Shown here in pieces: positions 1 to 14,854 of a stretch of DNA of 64,000 bases (its first letter is position 1; every line of letters begins with the position of its first letter). The position numbers and the translations under genes were made by a program. The DNA is from Bigelowiella natans CCMP2755 (lineage: Eukaryota; Protista; Cercozoa): NCBI GenBank assembly GCA_000320545.1, contig ADNK01002379.1:77202-141201 (forward strand), written 5' to 3'. The notes below the pieces were generated by a model. The model was not told the DNA's origin. It did not search any database and saw nothing but the letters and a program-made list of their open reading frames with translations.

Positions 1-117
1 TACATTTAGATAAATACTGCCTCGTAAGCTACCTCTCCGATGTGACAGTCTTCCAGAACAGAGAAACAAAATCGCGAAGCACAAGCTTTGGACTGAGAGA
101 CTCACTTTTTGTTACGC

Positions 118-800
118 CTACAGTGTGCAACAATCATCATCATTATCGGCATCACACGCAGACAGGCATATACCATGCTGACAGGACACAATTATGTTGT
201 TCTTACAGATAAAAACAGCCGGAAAGTTGTCGATCTTCTTCGAGAGTTTCGCCATGTACTTGACACCTTTCGACTCAAGAATGTTTTCCCTTAATTTGTA
301 CGTACATAACAGAATAGTTGAGTTAGATCTCGGTTGCAATGATAACTACCACAGCTAAACTGAACTTGTAAGCCTCTACTTCCCCCACCAATACCATCAC
401 TATTTTTTATTTTATTATCATCCCCACTACTACCCTGCCTTCAGATGCAATCCTCTCTTGCATATTCTTGAACAAGCTTTAGCAAGCTGACGGAGGGTAG
501 CCCAACATTAGAATGCGAGTGAAGACGAATCAAGAATAGCTTTTCCGACTTATGTCATTGATATGCACAATATGCACATCGAGAAGGGGTAGAAAGGACA
601 TACATATGCTCCGAAAACTCGCTAATGTAGATGTGACAACACCTTCTCGTCGTCCTGTTCCTCAGGATTGACATTCTCAGAGGCCACAATTACCCCTGTT
701 ATGGCACGTGGTTTGGTCTTAGCGTTGGCAACAAGGAAAAAACAAAATCCCACCTTCAAGATTTCCTACACATAGATACTGGATCCTGGACTGCTGAGCC
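118..800 (-). CDS. Probable multi-exon gene of unknown function, partial at window edge
   Basis: Short open segments bounded by AG/GT on the minus strand (about 118-300, 435-480, 605-660, 755-800). No recognisable domain. Confidence 0.3.
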
Positions 801-2059
801 TGAAAATGGGGTGAAAGCGAATTATGAAGCGGAAGCAAATCACTCTTGAACACACAATCCGGAATGTAAATGCTCCACAAGCATCGTGTCATTTTACAAA
901 CCAAATTCTGGTATCAAGAATTCATCTAGTTATGGGTGTCTGCATCTAATCACAACCGCAACCCCCGAAAAGGATAGTCATCTCATAATTACCATCTTAT
1001 CTCTTCCTTGAATCCAGAGGGGCGGGAGAGCGCAGAAATTATGATTCAGAATAAGTCTGTAGCAAAAAAATATAGAAGTTACTCTAAACATAATTGATTT
1101 AGTCTCATTTTACACCCTTCATAGCCAGTTTAATGTATTTATTCGTAAAAACTGGGTGTTCTTCGTGAAAGTCGTACTTAGCGAAATCGCCAAGGCCAAC
1201 GACGGAACACAGCTTACAGGCCAGGGGGATCAAGATTTGAAAATATACCTTTTTTCATAAAAGTATGAAAAATAGGATCCATTCCCTGATTATGATTGAG
1301 AAAAATGAAATCACAGTGATCCTTATTGCTCTGATCTAAATTTCCGGAAATGCTCCATTTTCAGTGTGGAAAGCCGTGTGATTGTGATTATCGACATCAT
1401 ATATTTTCAGATGTAGATCAAAGATGCATGTCATTGTCCATTAGAGACACAAACTGTCAGAAAATTCCTCTAAGAGCACCTCCGCAAAAATATCAAGAAA
1501 ATAATTTAGCGTAGGGTGTTTTTACCGAGAAACAAATACAGGCAATTTCGTTCCACATTGGAGCGGGGGATTACATTCTGGTCATATTTTCACGGTGTGA
1601 TGACGAAAGCTGCCTTCATTATTGGAGGGCATTTTCACCAAATAATGCCTTCAATCTTTGGAAAAGATGAAATAAAAGCACCCAAAATTTCTCGGCTCTC
1701 TCTGTCTACACTCCCGCCGCAGGGTTCCCCCCCCCACCCCAGCTTCCTTAATGCTGCATCGAACTTTATTTGATGACATTTCAAAATTAATAGTTATTGT
1801 TGTATTTTGGCAAGTCTATATTTATTTGCCATCCCATAACGTAAACGTTGTGTCAAAATTCCTCTAGTATTGGGATTAGGAAATTTCCTCTGCATGCTTT
1901 AATGCGTACTCACTCAACCGGCATCTAGACCATATAATTGAGTTCTATGACCAACACCCTTCTGATTATGCGTGTATGTGTCTGTGGGTATTTTTCCTTC
2001 TTCCAACTGTGCAGGTGAAGTACTCGGTAACCTGAGCCGATACCTCCATCTCACCCAAG

Positions 2060-2404
2060 ATGTTTCCGAATCTCTTCATCTTGAATGGTACCGGCGAGGT
2101 CCTCATCGAGAAGCACTGGGAAGGTAAAGTTCCAAGGAATGTCGTAGATTTGTTCATGGAACAGCAGCTGAAGAAGGAGCGCAAAGTGGATGTGTCGCCT
2201 GTAATCGAAACTCCGAAGCTCTACCTTGTGCACACCAGGAGAGGAGACGTTATCCTGCTCACCACTGTAAAGAAAGAGGTACTGCACTGTGGAATGATGA
2301 TCTGTGACAATAAATCTGGCTACGATTCTGCCTTCCTGTTTACTTAATATCGCCCACTTTCCGCGTTTTCTCACATTCATATTACTCTAACATATATATA
2401 TAAA

Positions 2405-2437
<33 letters not shown>

Positions 2438-3912
2438 TTATATGTATATTTGATTTCGCATCAATATAATGGTTGATTTCGCACTACCTCGTAGACCGCA
2501 CCGCTCTTTATACTAGAGATACACAACAAGATCATGCAAGTTATGTACCATTACTTTGGGCCCTCCGTCAACTCTCGGACGATACGTGACAACTTCACCC
2601 TCATCTACCACCTCCTAGACGAAATGGTGAGTGGTTGGCAGGGTTAGGGTCGGAGGCACGCTCAGTGAAAACAAATCAATTGTAGAACGATTTTTCCATT
2701 TCCAGTCAAATTGATCTCGTTTGTTGCACATTGCGTTTGAAATGGAGAATCGAGGGGGGGCACAGATGTATTTATCATAAGATCTGTATATTTTCCAAAT
2801 TTAGGTGGATGGCGGCTTTCCCTTCACGACAGATATTAACCAGCTCCAAGCAATGATCCAACCTCCTACAATCGTCAATAAATTCATGTCGACGTTCTCT
2901 AACAGCGACCAAGTGAAGAAGGCGCTTCCCGAGGGCATGCTCACGAAGATCCCCTGGCGAAGAACGGGCGTGAAGTACCACAGCAACGAGATCTGCTTCG
3001 ACCTGCTCGAGGAGATCAACTGCATTATAGAGCGCAACTCCAACGTGGCCGTGTGCGAGGTCAAGGGCTCGATCGTCTGCACATGCCGTCTCTCGGGCAT
3101 GCCGGACATCGTCCTGACGGTATCCCACCCCTCCCTCATCCAGGATGCCGTGCTCCACCGCAGCGTCCGAATCAACCGCTTCCGCAGAGAACGCGTCATA
3201 TCGTTCGTGCCGCCCGACGGGCGCTTCACGCTGCTGACCTACTTTCTCCGGGGCCCCTGCCAGATGCCCATCTTCGTGCGACCCTCGATCAACTACACCA
3301 ACGGCACCGGCAACGTCAACATCTCCATCGGGACCAAGATGAGGGAGCAGAAGCCGATCGAGGACGTGGTGCTTGTCATCCCGTTCCCAAAGGAAATGCT
3401 GTCGTCGAATCTGACCACTAACGCCGGCTCCGTCAACACGGTTGAGACAGCGATGGGAGCGCACAAGGTGACGTCTTACCTTTTTTTTTCCCCTTATCAT
3501 ATCCAAACGCTACGTGTTGGAGGAGATAAAGGATAATAGAGGGTTTATCACTGAACACTTACTATCGTGTAGGAGGTGCATTGGACCATACCGCGTTTGC
3601 CTAAAGACAAAACGCCTGTGCTAGAGGGCAGCGTGCTCTTCCCTAACGGATTCAAGCCCACATATAGACCCACGCTGGTGCTTCAGTTTAACGCCAAGTC
3701 GTGGAACACCTCAGGATTAGCGGTGAGAGGAGCTAGCTAGTAGCGATGCAACGACAATATGACTCGTGCCTATATTTAAATTGGGATGTCGTCACTGATG
3801 AATTAAATCTTTGAATCAGGTTGAGGGATTAGACGTCGTAGACGTGAAGTATAAGCCGTTCCGTGGTGTACGCACGGCGACAAGGGCAGGGAAATTCCAC
3901 ATCAGATGTTAG
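2060..3912 (+). CDS. AP3M: AP-3 adaptor complex mu subunit, 5 exons: 2060-2278, 2495-2626, 2805-3467, 3573-3722, 3820-3912
   Basis: Splices in frame across GT-AG introns. Motifs: LFILNGTGEVLIEKHW, IRDNFTLIYHLLDEMVDGGFPFTT, IPWRRTGVKYHSNEICFDLLEE, CRLSGMPD, ISFVPPDGRFTLLTY, KYKPFRGVR...AGKFHIRC*. Confidence 0.95.
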
Positions 3913-4015
3913 TTGGACGATTGCTTCAGCAAAAGACGACGAAGCTGCAAGAGTGATGCTGTTGTAAAGCGATTTTACATATGCGCTTTCAAGTTTTGTA
4001 ATTATTAGTATCATC

Positions 4016-4492
4016 GCTAGAAAAAAAGTCTACTTCTTTGTCGTCTTGCGCATCGCTGGACTCGTACATCAATGATGCGCTGTGTGACTATGCCCTACTA
4101 GCCTGGTGCTCATCGTCGATAGTTGTGGAGCGTAGGCATAGCTAGATAGGAGCTTGCTAGCTTGGAATGTACTAGCTAGCTAGTCTAGTAGTTCTAAAGT
4201 TGCTTAATTGACGCATGCATGACATCTAGGATGTGACATCTACACATGCGCAACTTGCTAGTTCTAGAGTAATAAGCCGCGCTAGCTAGCTAGCACTTCT
4301 AGACGCACAGTTCATTGATATCGGCTAGTCTAGTAGTCTAGTAAGTGCCTAGCTAGCTGGAGCATGCTAACATCTAGACATAGCTAGATAGACGAGTAGT
4401 GCAGCTGTGCTAGGCTAGCTCAAGAATGGGCCAGCTCTAGACTAGTAGAGCTTGAGAATCGTAATGTGCTAGTGTGTTGCTAAGGCTCTAGA
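4016..4492. repeat. CTAG/GCTAG-rich low-complexity intergenic tract that retains TpA
   Basis: About 25-30 CTAG copies in about 480 bp (for example actagctagctagtctagta), lying between the 3' ends of convergent genes. Confidence 0.8.
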
Positions 4493-4565
4493 AACATCCG
4501 ATTTTGCAATGTCAAACGTCGATGTCAGCAAATTACTCATGCAATGGTGCTCATCTTGTACGTAG

Positions 4566-6522
4566 TCATGCCTGTTCCTTTGTGTAGTAAAGCTGGTAAG
4601 CAGCACATATCAAACTCACCCATTGTCCTATTTCAAACCTAAAAAGCATCGACATCGCTTTCAAAAATGATTGCAGCGCCGCAATGCTAGAATAGGAAGG
4701 CCATTGAACGATGAGATGCCCATAGACATAGTACATTGTCTAGTTGTGCATGAAAGCAGCGTTTTCTAAGTTCTATAATTACCTTGGGTTATACCCTAAA
4801 GATTGCTCCTTCACTGTTTCCTCATAGCTTCCTGTTTCCATTGCTTGCTGAATCGTGGAGTTTGCAAACAATCCGACAATCGTAGGAACAAGGATGTAAC
4901 TACCAATTTGCAGCCATAGGAGTTTTCTTACGAGTTTATCCTCTTTTCGGTGAGCTATCTCGGTAGGAGTTCTTTCTCCACCAGAACTTATCTCGTGTTT
5001 GGGAAATTGTGGAACGGAAGCAGCTGGGCGTCCGCTAAGTGTTGCTCGATTGTTGATATCTAGACGCTGAATTTTTACAATCGATTTCTCTTCGTTCTCT
5101 TCATGAAAACCACTATTCTCGATGTCATCAGAAAACGCTTTCTGATCCTTTAGAGGGTTTTCAACCGACAACGTCTTACTGGTTGAAAGTCTTCCAAACA
5201 CGGCCAATTTTGTCGTCTGTCGAGCTTCAATTAAGTTCCCCGATAAGTTTTCACGTGGAGAGTTTAAAGTCACGCTGGAACCTCGAAATGTTAGTGGAGG
5301 TGGATTACAGGCTGATAAAGGAGATGGTGTTATAGTAGCCTGGTCCAATGAATAGTGATTTAACTCCTTCAGATGGCTTGATCTTCCAGAAAGTTCTACC
5401 ACACCCTTCATAAGCTTGATTTCTTTTGCACGGGATCGAGATAGACTTCCGGCATCAGCAGTCTCCATAGTCCAAATTCCTTCGCGTACTTGCTTTCTAT
5501 TTCGGAGTAGGAGATGACGAAGGTGCGAGACTGAATATGCGTAAGTACAGCCTGATACAGTTTGTATTTTACGTAGTTAGGGAGCGTCTATGAAGTTGGA
5601 CAGTTACTTCATTCAACTGACGGGATTTTTCAACCTCCGGTCATCCCTGCGAATGCAATAGTTCCAAATTGAATTGCAAGCCATGCTCGATCCTTACTGG
5701 TCAGCAAGAGAATGAACGAAATTGATTGAGAGATACAAATCAAAGCCATGCCTGAGCAAAACGTTAGAAAATTAATGGAGAGGAGGCTTTGGTAAATGAC
5801 TGAACTTTCACATATTGTTTTATTGTTTTGATGCTTTGATTGATGCAACCTGTGTATATAAAATGCGGGGCCCACTTTGGAGGATCTCTTGTCAGATTTG
5901 CGACAGAGTAAAGTGTTTTTACAACTATCAAGCTCAAGTACAGCGTAACATTCAAGAGGATTATCTGATTGAGTATTTGGACGTTACGGGTTATGGGTTA
6001 CGGGTTACAGGTAGGTGAGTAGGTGAACTTTCTAAACTAGATACAAGCTTACTATTGATAATGTGAGTCCAGTCACAACAGCTTCATAACCAGCAAATAG
6101 AGGTTCGTGTGTCACCTACACGTAGATAATGCGATATTTTTCATTATAAATGGAAATGGATAGCGGCTCATTCAGTCAGCACATTGTTTTTGTTTTTAGT
6201 TTTTTGTACCAGATTCAGAGAGAAGAGCACCAAAGAATTGATAAACACTGCCCTTTGTAAATATATATTTTAGCAAATGTTATATCCTGGGCACATAGAC
6301 AGGCATTGCATCATTACATATTGACTATGTGTGCAGAACAGCTTGTAAAAGGCAACAAGCAACAAGTGGCAGTTGACTTTGAACCTACCACGAGATACGC
6401 TTGTTGTTCGTATTTTTGTTCCTCCGGATCGATATGACTGCAAAGTAAGACAAACAAAGTGCAGCGAGACATCGAAGAGTATCTGTCACTATGACCAGGA
6501 CACGGTTTCGTTGTCCGCTCAT
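4566..6522 (-). CDS. Multi-pass membrane protein, GPCR-like topology with a long intracellular loop
   Basis: Successive exons encode hydrophobic helices (VLVIVTDTLRCLAALCLSYFAVISI; LNVTLYLSLIVV; MALICISQSISFILLL; WLAIQFGTIAFAG; LLWLQIGSYILVPTIVGLFA) around the 229-aa Ser-rich ORF 4779-5468. Family assignment is from topology only; ends are approximate. Confidence 0.6.
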
Positions 6523-7223
6523 TTCATCAAAGGGACATGAATGGAGCTTGAGTTTGACCAGTCTCAAACGATTGAGAATGGCATGCGAATGGCAGATTTT
6601 TGGTGAAACTGGCCCGTCAGCAAATTAGCATTGAAAGGGATACCACTCTAGGCCTAGTTCACATTCCCGCAGGAAACTCGTGCGCACTCACGAACTTAGT
6701 GCTGCACCTTTAAGCTTTTCTTCGGGACACACAGCTTTTTATTCCCGGAATGTTGGGTCTCGCGCGGAAAAGCATGCGATTTATGCTAGGATTTATGGTT
6801 AAAGAGCGGGGAAACGGAAAAAAGGCAGGCCTGCGCGCATCGAACACACATTTCCACGCGTACACCACAGCCCGAAAAAGATCCTAAAAATAGTTGCAGC
6901 AAAATGTGAGCCAAATTCGAAATTCGAATTGTTGTCTTGTCGTTGCAGGCAGAACATTATCTGAACCAAAGACTTCTGCAAATGTCCGTTGAAGCACTCC
7001 ACGTCTCCATTTCTAGCATTCTGCAAATTAAGTTGTGACGCTCAATAAAAATCGCATGTATTTATACCCTTTTCCTTTGAGGCATCGATCGTGCTCGTAA
7101 CGCTCCAAACAATGGCTACCAAATGATCATCTGTCCGTAGTAACAGGCCGCAAAGTATTGGCGTAGAGTCTCCGGAAGATGAACAGATAAACTCCTTCTT
7201 GGAGGAAAACTAGGAACATTAAA

Positions 7224-7631
7224 ATGAAATCCAAAACTGAGATAGATTGCATGAGCGCGGAGGCAGTGAGGGAGGAACTCAAGAAGCTCGCGGCAGGAGA
7301 TGTGAAAGTTAGCAAGAGTCCCATCGCACCTACCATTGCCGATCCGCCGAGCATCTCCTCTCTAAAGACGCCCGCTAAGATAGAGGCCCTACAAAAGTAC
7401 ATTAACTCCTTTAAGGTATCTATGTTCAATGAGAATGAAAATGAAAGTTAGTTTGACGCAGTCTCTCTCGGAATGATAAAATGAGGAAATGTTCTTTTAA
7501 TGTTAGTATAATCACATTGGGAAGGAATACTTCAACCCAGACAAACGAGTTCCATTGCTACGGTTCTTTCCTTCTTGATTTTCGAAGATTTAGTTATATT
7601 TTTCTTTCACCAATATGAAACGGATTCGTGC

Positions 7632-7680
<49 letters not shown>

Positions 7681-8378
7681 AGATTCATCGCAGGAAGATA
7701 ATCAACCCAAAGAACTGCATCAAGAAAGACAGAGCATAAAAGAGATCTTCCGAGAGAGGAGGGGGGGGGGGCGAAGAGAAAGAGACGGCAGCGAGGGAGA
7801 AAGAAAAGTAGGAAGAACAAAGCGAAAGAGGGTCGAGAAGAAGGACAGAACAATCTCCAAATTACCTCATTTATGAAGAAGTACAAATACAATTTAAAAT
7901 ACGACAGAGTAATGAACTGTGCCAAGACCATAATTAAGGAATCTCTTCCCATCAAGTGCCTTGAGGTGTGACACATATACAAATCCTGGGCAACATATAA
8001 AACAAATACATATATAATCCAGGCTACGATGTTGGCGATATATCTTACGCGTGATATAGCGAACCTTTCCCGCGTCCCTCTCCGGTTTGCTTCATCTGTC
8101 CATGGTATTATAATAGTATACTCCAATGAGAATAAGTTAGTGCACAATTCCATGTCTTTACTTCGGATAATGAGAGAATTGTGTTTCCAAGCATTTATTT
8201 GAACCCATATTCGCTGCTGGATTTGTGCTGTCTCAGGGCACATCTACTGGCATATTGTGCTTGCTCTTCGAGGGAAATGCGGCCGCTGGGGAGCGTTAGG
8301 GTTGTCGCGTCGGCCCGATTTGGGATTCAAACCGCTTAAGTTCAGCACGCTTCCGGCGTTGGTGAAGAGTTATAAGGT

Positions 8379-8419
<41 letters not shown>

Positions 8420-8892
8420 ACCCCCCTCTCTACACTCAAAACCCTTTGAAGGTCACCTTCCTTTCATAGCCAATAGCGATGGCTAACAGCTTTGGCCTCC
8501 TGCTATGCGGGTTTCAGGAGGCATACGAGGGAATCGGCCACAAGATTGTCAAAGTAACCGTGGGCCTCCCTGTCGGCACCAAAGTCGAGTCGCATGAAAA
8601 GGTAGTAATAGCAGCAGCAGCAGCAGCAGTAGTAAAAACAGTATTTGTAGGAGAGAGGATACCAGGTTTTAGGCCTGGAGATATGTAGATAATGCTGATA
8701 TGGTATTGCCATGGACAGGTGTACTGGCAATTTATGTCCATACCAGTTTCGAAGGCGAAATGGCCTGACGTCGAGGCGGTTCGTGACAAATATTTAATGG
8801 AAATATTATGTAGTAGCTCGTAAACTATAGAGACCAGGGGTGGAAGCAAGCAGACACTTGCACAAATGTGTATGTGTAAATCTCTCTCTATC

Positions 8893-8956
<64 letters not shown>

Positions 8957-9691
8957 TGCAAGTGTGCAAGTGTGCGTACGTGCCACGTCGATGCCTCCAG
9001 TGACGCTTAAGAACGCGCTCCATAGAGATATCCTCATGGGATCGACACGACTAAAGATGGAAATCTCACATCGTCCAATTTTTATATTGCTCATTCTTCC
9101 GATGAGCAGGTAATGAGGAGGTATTCCAAGACTATGGAGAGATATGCGAAGCAAGTACGAGGAACAGGGATCTATAACACACTTGGTGGGTGCGCCTTAG
9201 ATACTATCACACCCAAAAGTAATCATGTTATATGCCGAAAATTGTATATAAGTTGGCGCTGAGCCTGTGACGGCTAGAAGCACGTGAATACACAACGTGT
9301 GCTCACTTACTCACTAATTCCCCTGCCCCTTCCCTCTCCCGATTCCACTTCTCTGCTGAGAGCAGAGAACACGGTAAAATGTCGGTGTTTGGAGCTAGGA
9401 CATCCAGGTCTTCTATTCAAACCGCCTCCAGAGGAAACGGAATGTGATGCCGACACACAGCAACAGCAACATCAAGGCACGGAGGGCAATAAAAAGATCG
9501 ATGAGCCTCGTCGCAATCTCCCTAGCAAAGACAGCAGTGACCGGCCCCACGACAGAAGTACCAGCTGCACAAAGAACAGTGAGACGCCAGCTGTCGGGAC
9601 ACCAAAGGAAGCACGCTCGTCAGTTCCTGCCGCGCCGACGACATCAGGAGGGGGCGCAAAGAGCAGAGAAAATAGTAATGCCGCGAAGTAG
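7224..9691 (+). CDS. VASH: Vasohibin-family tubulinyl-Tyr carboxypeptidase
   Basis: Exons 7224-7415, 7507-7562, 7908-7965, 8023-8104, 8238-8376, 8518-8601 and 8719 onward splice to LQKYINSFKYNHIG...ESLPIKCLEATMLAIYLT...HIVLAL...WGALGLSRRPDLGFKP. Catalytic Cys (IKCLEA) and His (HIVL) are present. The 3' exons to 9691 are less certain. Confidence 0.88.
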
Positions 9692-11355
9692 AGGGAGAAA
9701 AACAAGAAAATGCATTTCGATGCCTAGTAGTATTATAGTGTCTGCTGTGTCAGTGTTGTTTGACTTGCGTTGCGTTTTGAGTTCAATATTTCGTGTGGAA
9801 GGACGTGACCTTGTGGTAATGCGATTTCAACCATTTCGCGTTTGGCATTTTGTGGAAAGCTGTGAGTCTCGAAGGAGAAAAGTCTTCTGCCACCCCAAAA
9901 TTATGCGAATTTCAAATTTGTAGGCAAAGACAGACGACGAAGCGTTGGTAGCAGTAGCTGTGGACGAAAGAAAGTCTTTGATCCGTCTCGCCCAGCAACT
10001 AGAATCCGAAACAAAGACAGATTAGCGTCTTTAAACCAAAAAAAGTAACAAATGTGTTCGTGGTCATGAAATTAAAAAATCATCACATTCTCTCTTGGTT
10101 AAGATAATCCAATCACACGAACGAATGGTCTCCAAACGTTTTGTTGCCGCGTTGAGGACATCAAAGCGTGTGCACAGAAGAGATCCCAGATCAAACTAAA
10201 TCTCAAAAATGAAATTAAATTTTCTGGCGGCACTTTTACCTTTTCATGGTCGGCTCGAAAGTTCATATTGACCGCGGCATTTCGTGTTTTCTTGCCCCAG
10301 TTGGTCCGGTAAGGATGCTCGCGCCCACCACATGCGCGCGGTCGCACATCGTCGGGTGGTCTGGCCATTTTAGCGGTGCATGTCGATCAGCACGAATGCT
10401 TGCTTGCTAAACATTGCTACGCCAGCATGAAAGTAGCGGCAAACAGGCGGGGCTGTTCAAAGCCGCACGTTGATTTTTGATGTCTCCCCAACTATATCAT
10501 CTAGCCTACCCTGCGATGCTAATACAGCACCTCACACCGCCGAAGATTAAAAAGGGTGTAGCTACAGCGCGCAAGCTGCTGCTGCGATGCGCGACGGTTA
10601 TGACAACGCAGTGGCAACTGTTTTTGTGGCTAGATGCTAGCATCGCTCTAAGAAGCACCTGTGGAAGCTCTGATGGTTTCACTGCGCGCTCTCAGCGCTG
10701 TGCGTCACATGCCACTGCACCAACTGCATCGATCAATGTGCTTTACCTCAGTTGTCGCTTTGACTTTTCTGATTGAAGTCACTTGCACGCATGCTAGCAT
10801 GGCTAATGATGCGACACGACGACGCGATCAAGTTCTCGGATTACAAAGATGCGTTTTCCAGTTTCTCTTGGTTTATTATGTTTCATCGATCCTTCACAGT
10901 CCTTGTCTCATCGAGTCGAGTGCATCGATCGAAGACCCTCCTTGTTGAGCTGAGTTTGACGTTTTGGCATGGATGGCATGTGTCGCCAACGTTATAGTTT
11001 TTGTTTTGCATTTGTGATCCGGGCATCACGTACTAGCTTGACGTTGCGATGGCAGCAATTATTTGCGTACTTTGGGCAACTGTGAGCGCAGCAATGGCCT
11101 CGATCGCCTCGCCTTGCAAGCTAGTTCACATGAGTGAAAGCGGTTTCAATTTTTTAAAGGAGCGTGCTCGCGTGGTTGACTGGGAAGGAAGAAGGAACAT
11201 TGAATTTCGCATTGGTGCAAAAACTGCACGCGCAAGAACCACATGGGAAACACGTTTATGCAGGGCCAGCAAGCGATAAGTTTCAGATCAAGAGGGAACA
11301 TTGCTAGATTGCACCATACGCACATCATCATTCAGATTAGTCCATGCTAAATTCA

Positions 11356-11653
11356 CTATCTCCGTCCCCCTCGTCCACGTCCACGCCCGCGTGCACCCCG
11401 CCTTCCTCCGCCGCGTCTCCGTGATGAGGATGATGATGACGTGGAGGAGATGGACGAGGATGCTGCCGTTTTCTGGGATTGTCGCGAGCTCGACTTCTTC
11501 TCAATCGTTTTACTATGATACCATGTGCAGATAAAGAACTCATTATTTCGTTTGAAACAATATGATTCGCTACATAGCTTTTGGATTTGAAAACAGCATG
11601 CTAGACTCTCGGCAAATCTTACAGCATATACACCATAACTACCACAAAAACAG

Positions 11654-11695
<42 letters not shown>

Positions 11696-12268
11696 TATAA
11701 TATTAAAAAATAGGTAATACTTGAGTTTGGCCCGAAGTCGATCCCTCCGCGCATCCGTCATCTTTGGCTGCCGACGCTCCTATAAAGACAAGTCCAAAAT
11801 GAAGGAAGATAGGCATAAATATACCATAAATTCACCGCCAACCCACAAGCATGCTCATCATCGATAGCAGCTACGGCGAATGAGGTACTTTCATGCTTTG
11901 TAGTGATGCTTTCTGTGCTTCCTTAGCGCACCTGAGGCCGATACAAATGGGGTGATAATTATAGGCATTTATTGTAGCTGTTGCGTAGTGAAAACAGTTT
12001 GATCTGAATTCGGTCGGGTTGGTATCTAAGAGAGAAGGCATTTCTATGAAATCTTTCATCAATACTGCAATTGTGCTGCTGCTACTACTACTACTACTAC
12101 TACTACTCCTCCTCCTACTACTACCACACACTGCTAATCCCCCCCCTTATTTTCACCCATGCAACGCTGGATTGAGATGTTGGGAGCAATAGCGACGCTT
12201 ACAGTGCCTGGGATATTATTTGAGGAAAAATGTATAAATTCAGACACAAACACATGCAAACACACACA

Positions 12269-12311
<43 letters not shown>

Positions 12312-13688
12312 AAACACACACCGGCAAATGAACGAAGTAAAAGCATTCATCTTCGCTCGGCACTGAGGCGTTCCGCAACGGCCTATTCGCAGCTCGGATT
12401 TGGCTTGTGACAATCTGCGACAAATAACAAGCGACAAATAACAAGCGACAAATAACAAGCGACAAATAACAAGCGACAATAAGAACAGGGCAGGTCATGC
12501 AGCCCCGCCCTCCTGTTTTCTCTCCTCCCCTCCTCTACCCAAAATCGAAATTTGTTGAACGGTGCGGAGATAAAGGGAGATGCGCGGGGCGCGGCCTACA
12601 GGTTGTCGAATGCCATTGCTCCATCCTTATCCTCATCGTCTTCTCCAACCGCAGCAGAACTCTTCCCACCACCACCACCACCACCACCACTACTACTACT
12701 GCTACGAATGTTTTCTCTTTGGCCACGTTTCTTGGAATCTATTGCATCCTTGGCTTTGCTGCGCGTCGTCGGGTTGCTTATTGAGGGCTGCTGATTCAAC
12801 CCAAAGGCCTTGCTCCTGTCATTGAACGTGCCCCTGCTGCTTGTTGCGGCATCACCCGCTGCTATTTGCCTCCCAGATACGCCTGCTTTCTCTACTACAT
12901 CTTCAGCCAAAAACACCACAATGATCATCGTCCAACAGTCACTCATCACCACCACCACCACCACCACCACCATAATCATCATGATCATTGCTAGCTCAAA
13001 GTCCCATGCGCATCATATCAGCATCGTTACGTAAGACCCACCTGGCTGGGCGGTGGCATCGGGCCGTGCATAAATGATGACAAGACGGCGGCGGGGCGGC
13101 ACACCCTCGGATCGATGTAGAACAGGCAATCTCAACCTAATTTGGCCAAGACACCGACGTATTGTCGCAGACGAGCAACACGGTGAGACACTGCATCGCC
13201 AACCGTGTTAGTATTCTCAAACTCCAGAAAACATATACAGCCCCCCCCGGGTAGTCGGCCATTTCACACGTGATTGATGATGGCCGTTGAGTATAAATTT
13301 GAGTTCAAGCAGCAAGTGCGTATACAAAAGGCATGTATGGGTATGGTGGAAAGACGTGCTCCGCACGGTGACAACGCCTACCTCTCTATAGCATCGTGCA
13401 CGCGTTTGCGGTCTCCAGCACACAAATAGCACGGAAGTTCCATTCTTGGAGGAAACTGTGAGGTGTTATTACTGCTACCACTGCTTCCTCCCCCCGACCG
13501 ATTCTTCCCCCTCTTTTTCTTCTTCTTCTTTCCGCGATTGCGGCTAGTACTCGCCGTCTGCTGACCCCTAGCAACCGAGTGTCGGGATTTCTGTACAAAG
13601 TCTAGGAGGGGGGGGGGGGCGGTGGAGATACGGCGTCTGTTGTGTTGCGGCTTTTCGAGATTTTTCAATTCCCTACATGTATATGCAC

Positions 13689-13730
<42 letters not shown>

Positions 13731-14155
13731 CCCATCACTTACCTAACAGTGTTTTCTCGATTTTCTGCTCACTCCATTCCTCCTCAGCTGGCTGCTGGTC
13801 TCCCTTCTTCTCTTCGGTGCGCCGTGCTGCATCTTGCTTGACACTGCGACAGCCTCCTCTCCCACTGTCCCCCCCCCTGCCTTTTCCGAGACCGCCATCA
13901 TCGCTAGGAGGGAGATGGGAACGAGGGATGTACAACACGAGGAAGGATTTGGATCCTGGAGTTTCTGCTCAAATTAGCAGAAGACGCACACATCAGCCAT
14001 TGAGTTTTTGTCGTTTGAAATGCCAAATAAGGTGAGCAAATGGCTGCTGAGGGATTTCCTTGCACACATCAGCGAGGGGATTGATGCAACGGAAGAAAAG
14101 ATAACGAGCCGCTGCGCAAACGATGGCTTGGTTGATGGACGCCCAGCACCAATGC

Positions 14156-14208
<53 letters not shown>

Positions 14209-14278
14209 GACCAGACACACAAACACACAAACACACATAAGTATATGTATATATTTGTTATTTATATTGATAAATTTC

Positions 14279-14319
<41 letters not shown>

Positions 14320-14823
14320 GAAAGGGGAAGGCTCACTGGATACAGTAAGACCAAACTGAAGGAAGAATTTGCTAATAAAACCGGTCACTACCTGGGATTA
14401 CTTCACTGTCTTTGATCTCCTTCCCCCGCCGTAGAATACGCACCTTTGCGCCGGGTTTTACCCTTTGAAAAAAATAATCGATTCACACGCTTGATGATAC
14501 TTCCATACGCCTTAAATTTGTATACATGTGCGTGCGTGCGTGTGCATGTGTGTGTGTGTATGTGTGTATGTGTGTGTATGGGTGCGCGCGCGCGTGTGTG
14601 CATGGGTTTATCCGCATAAGCATAGCGGTGGGTGCAAGAGGTAGCTGCCGCTATTGTCCTTGTAGCTTCCATGTGCGTGCAACCGAACATATGAGGTGTG
14701 TGGTATGTGGTGAGGGGCACGAAACTAACTTGAAATGCTTCATAGCACGCTCCTTTACAGACCCAGCGGTCTCTGTACTCTCGACCTGTAGGCTACACAC
14801 ACACACACACACACACACACTAC

Positions 14824-14854
<31 letters not shown>

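Noticed and set aside
10370-11300. Another TpA desert
   Set aside because: Only moderately TpA-poor (about 13 non-CTAG TpA in 560 bp counted); at most partially affected.
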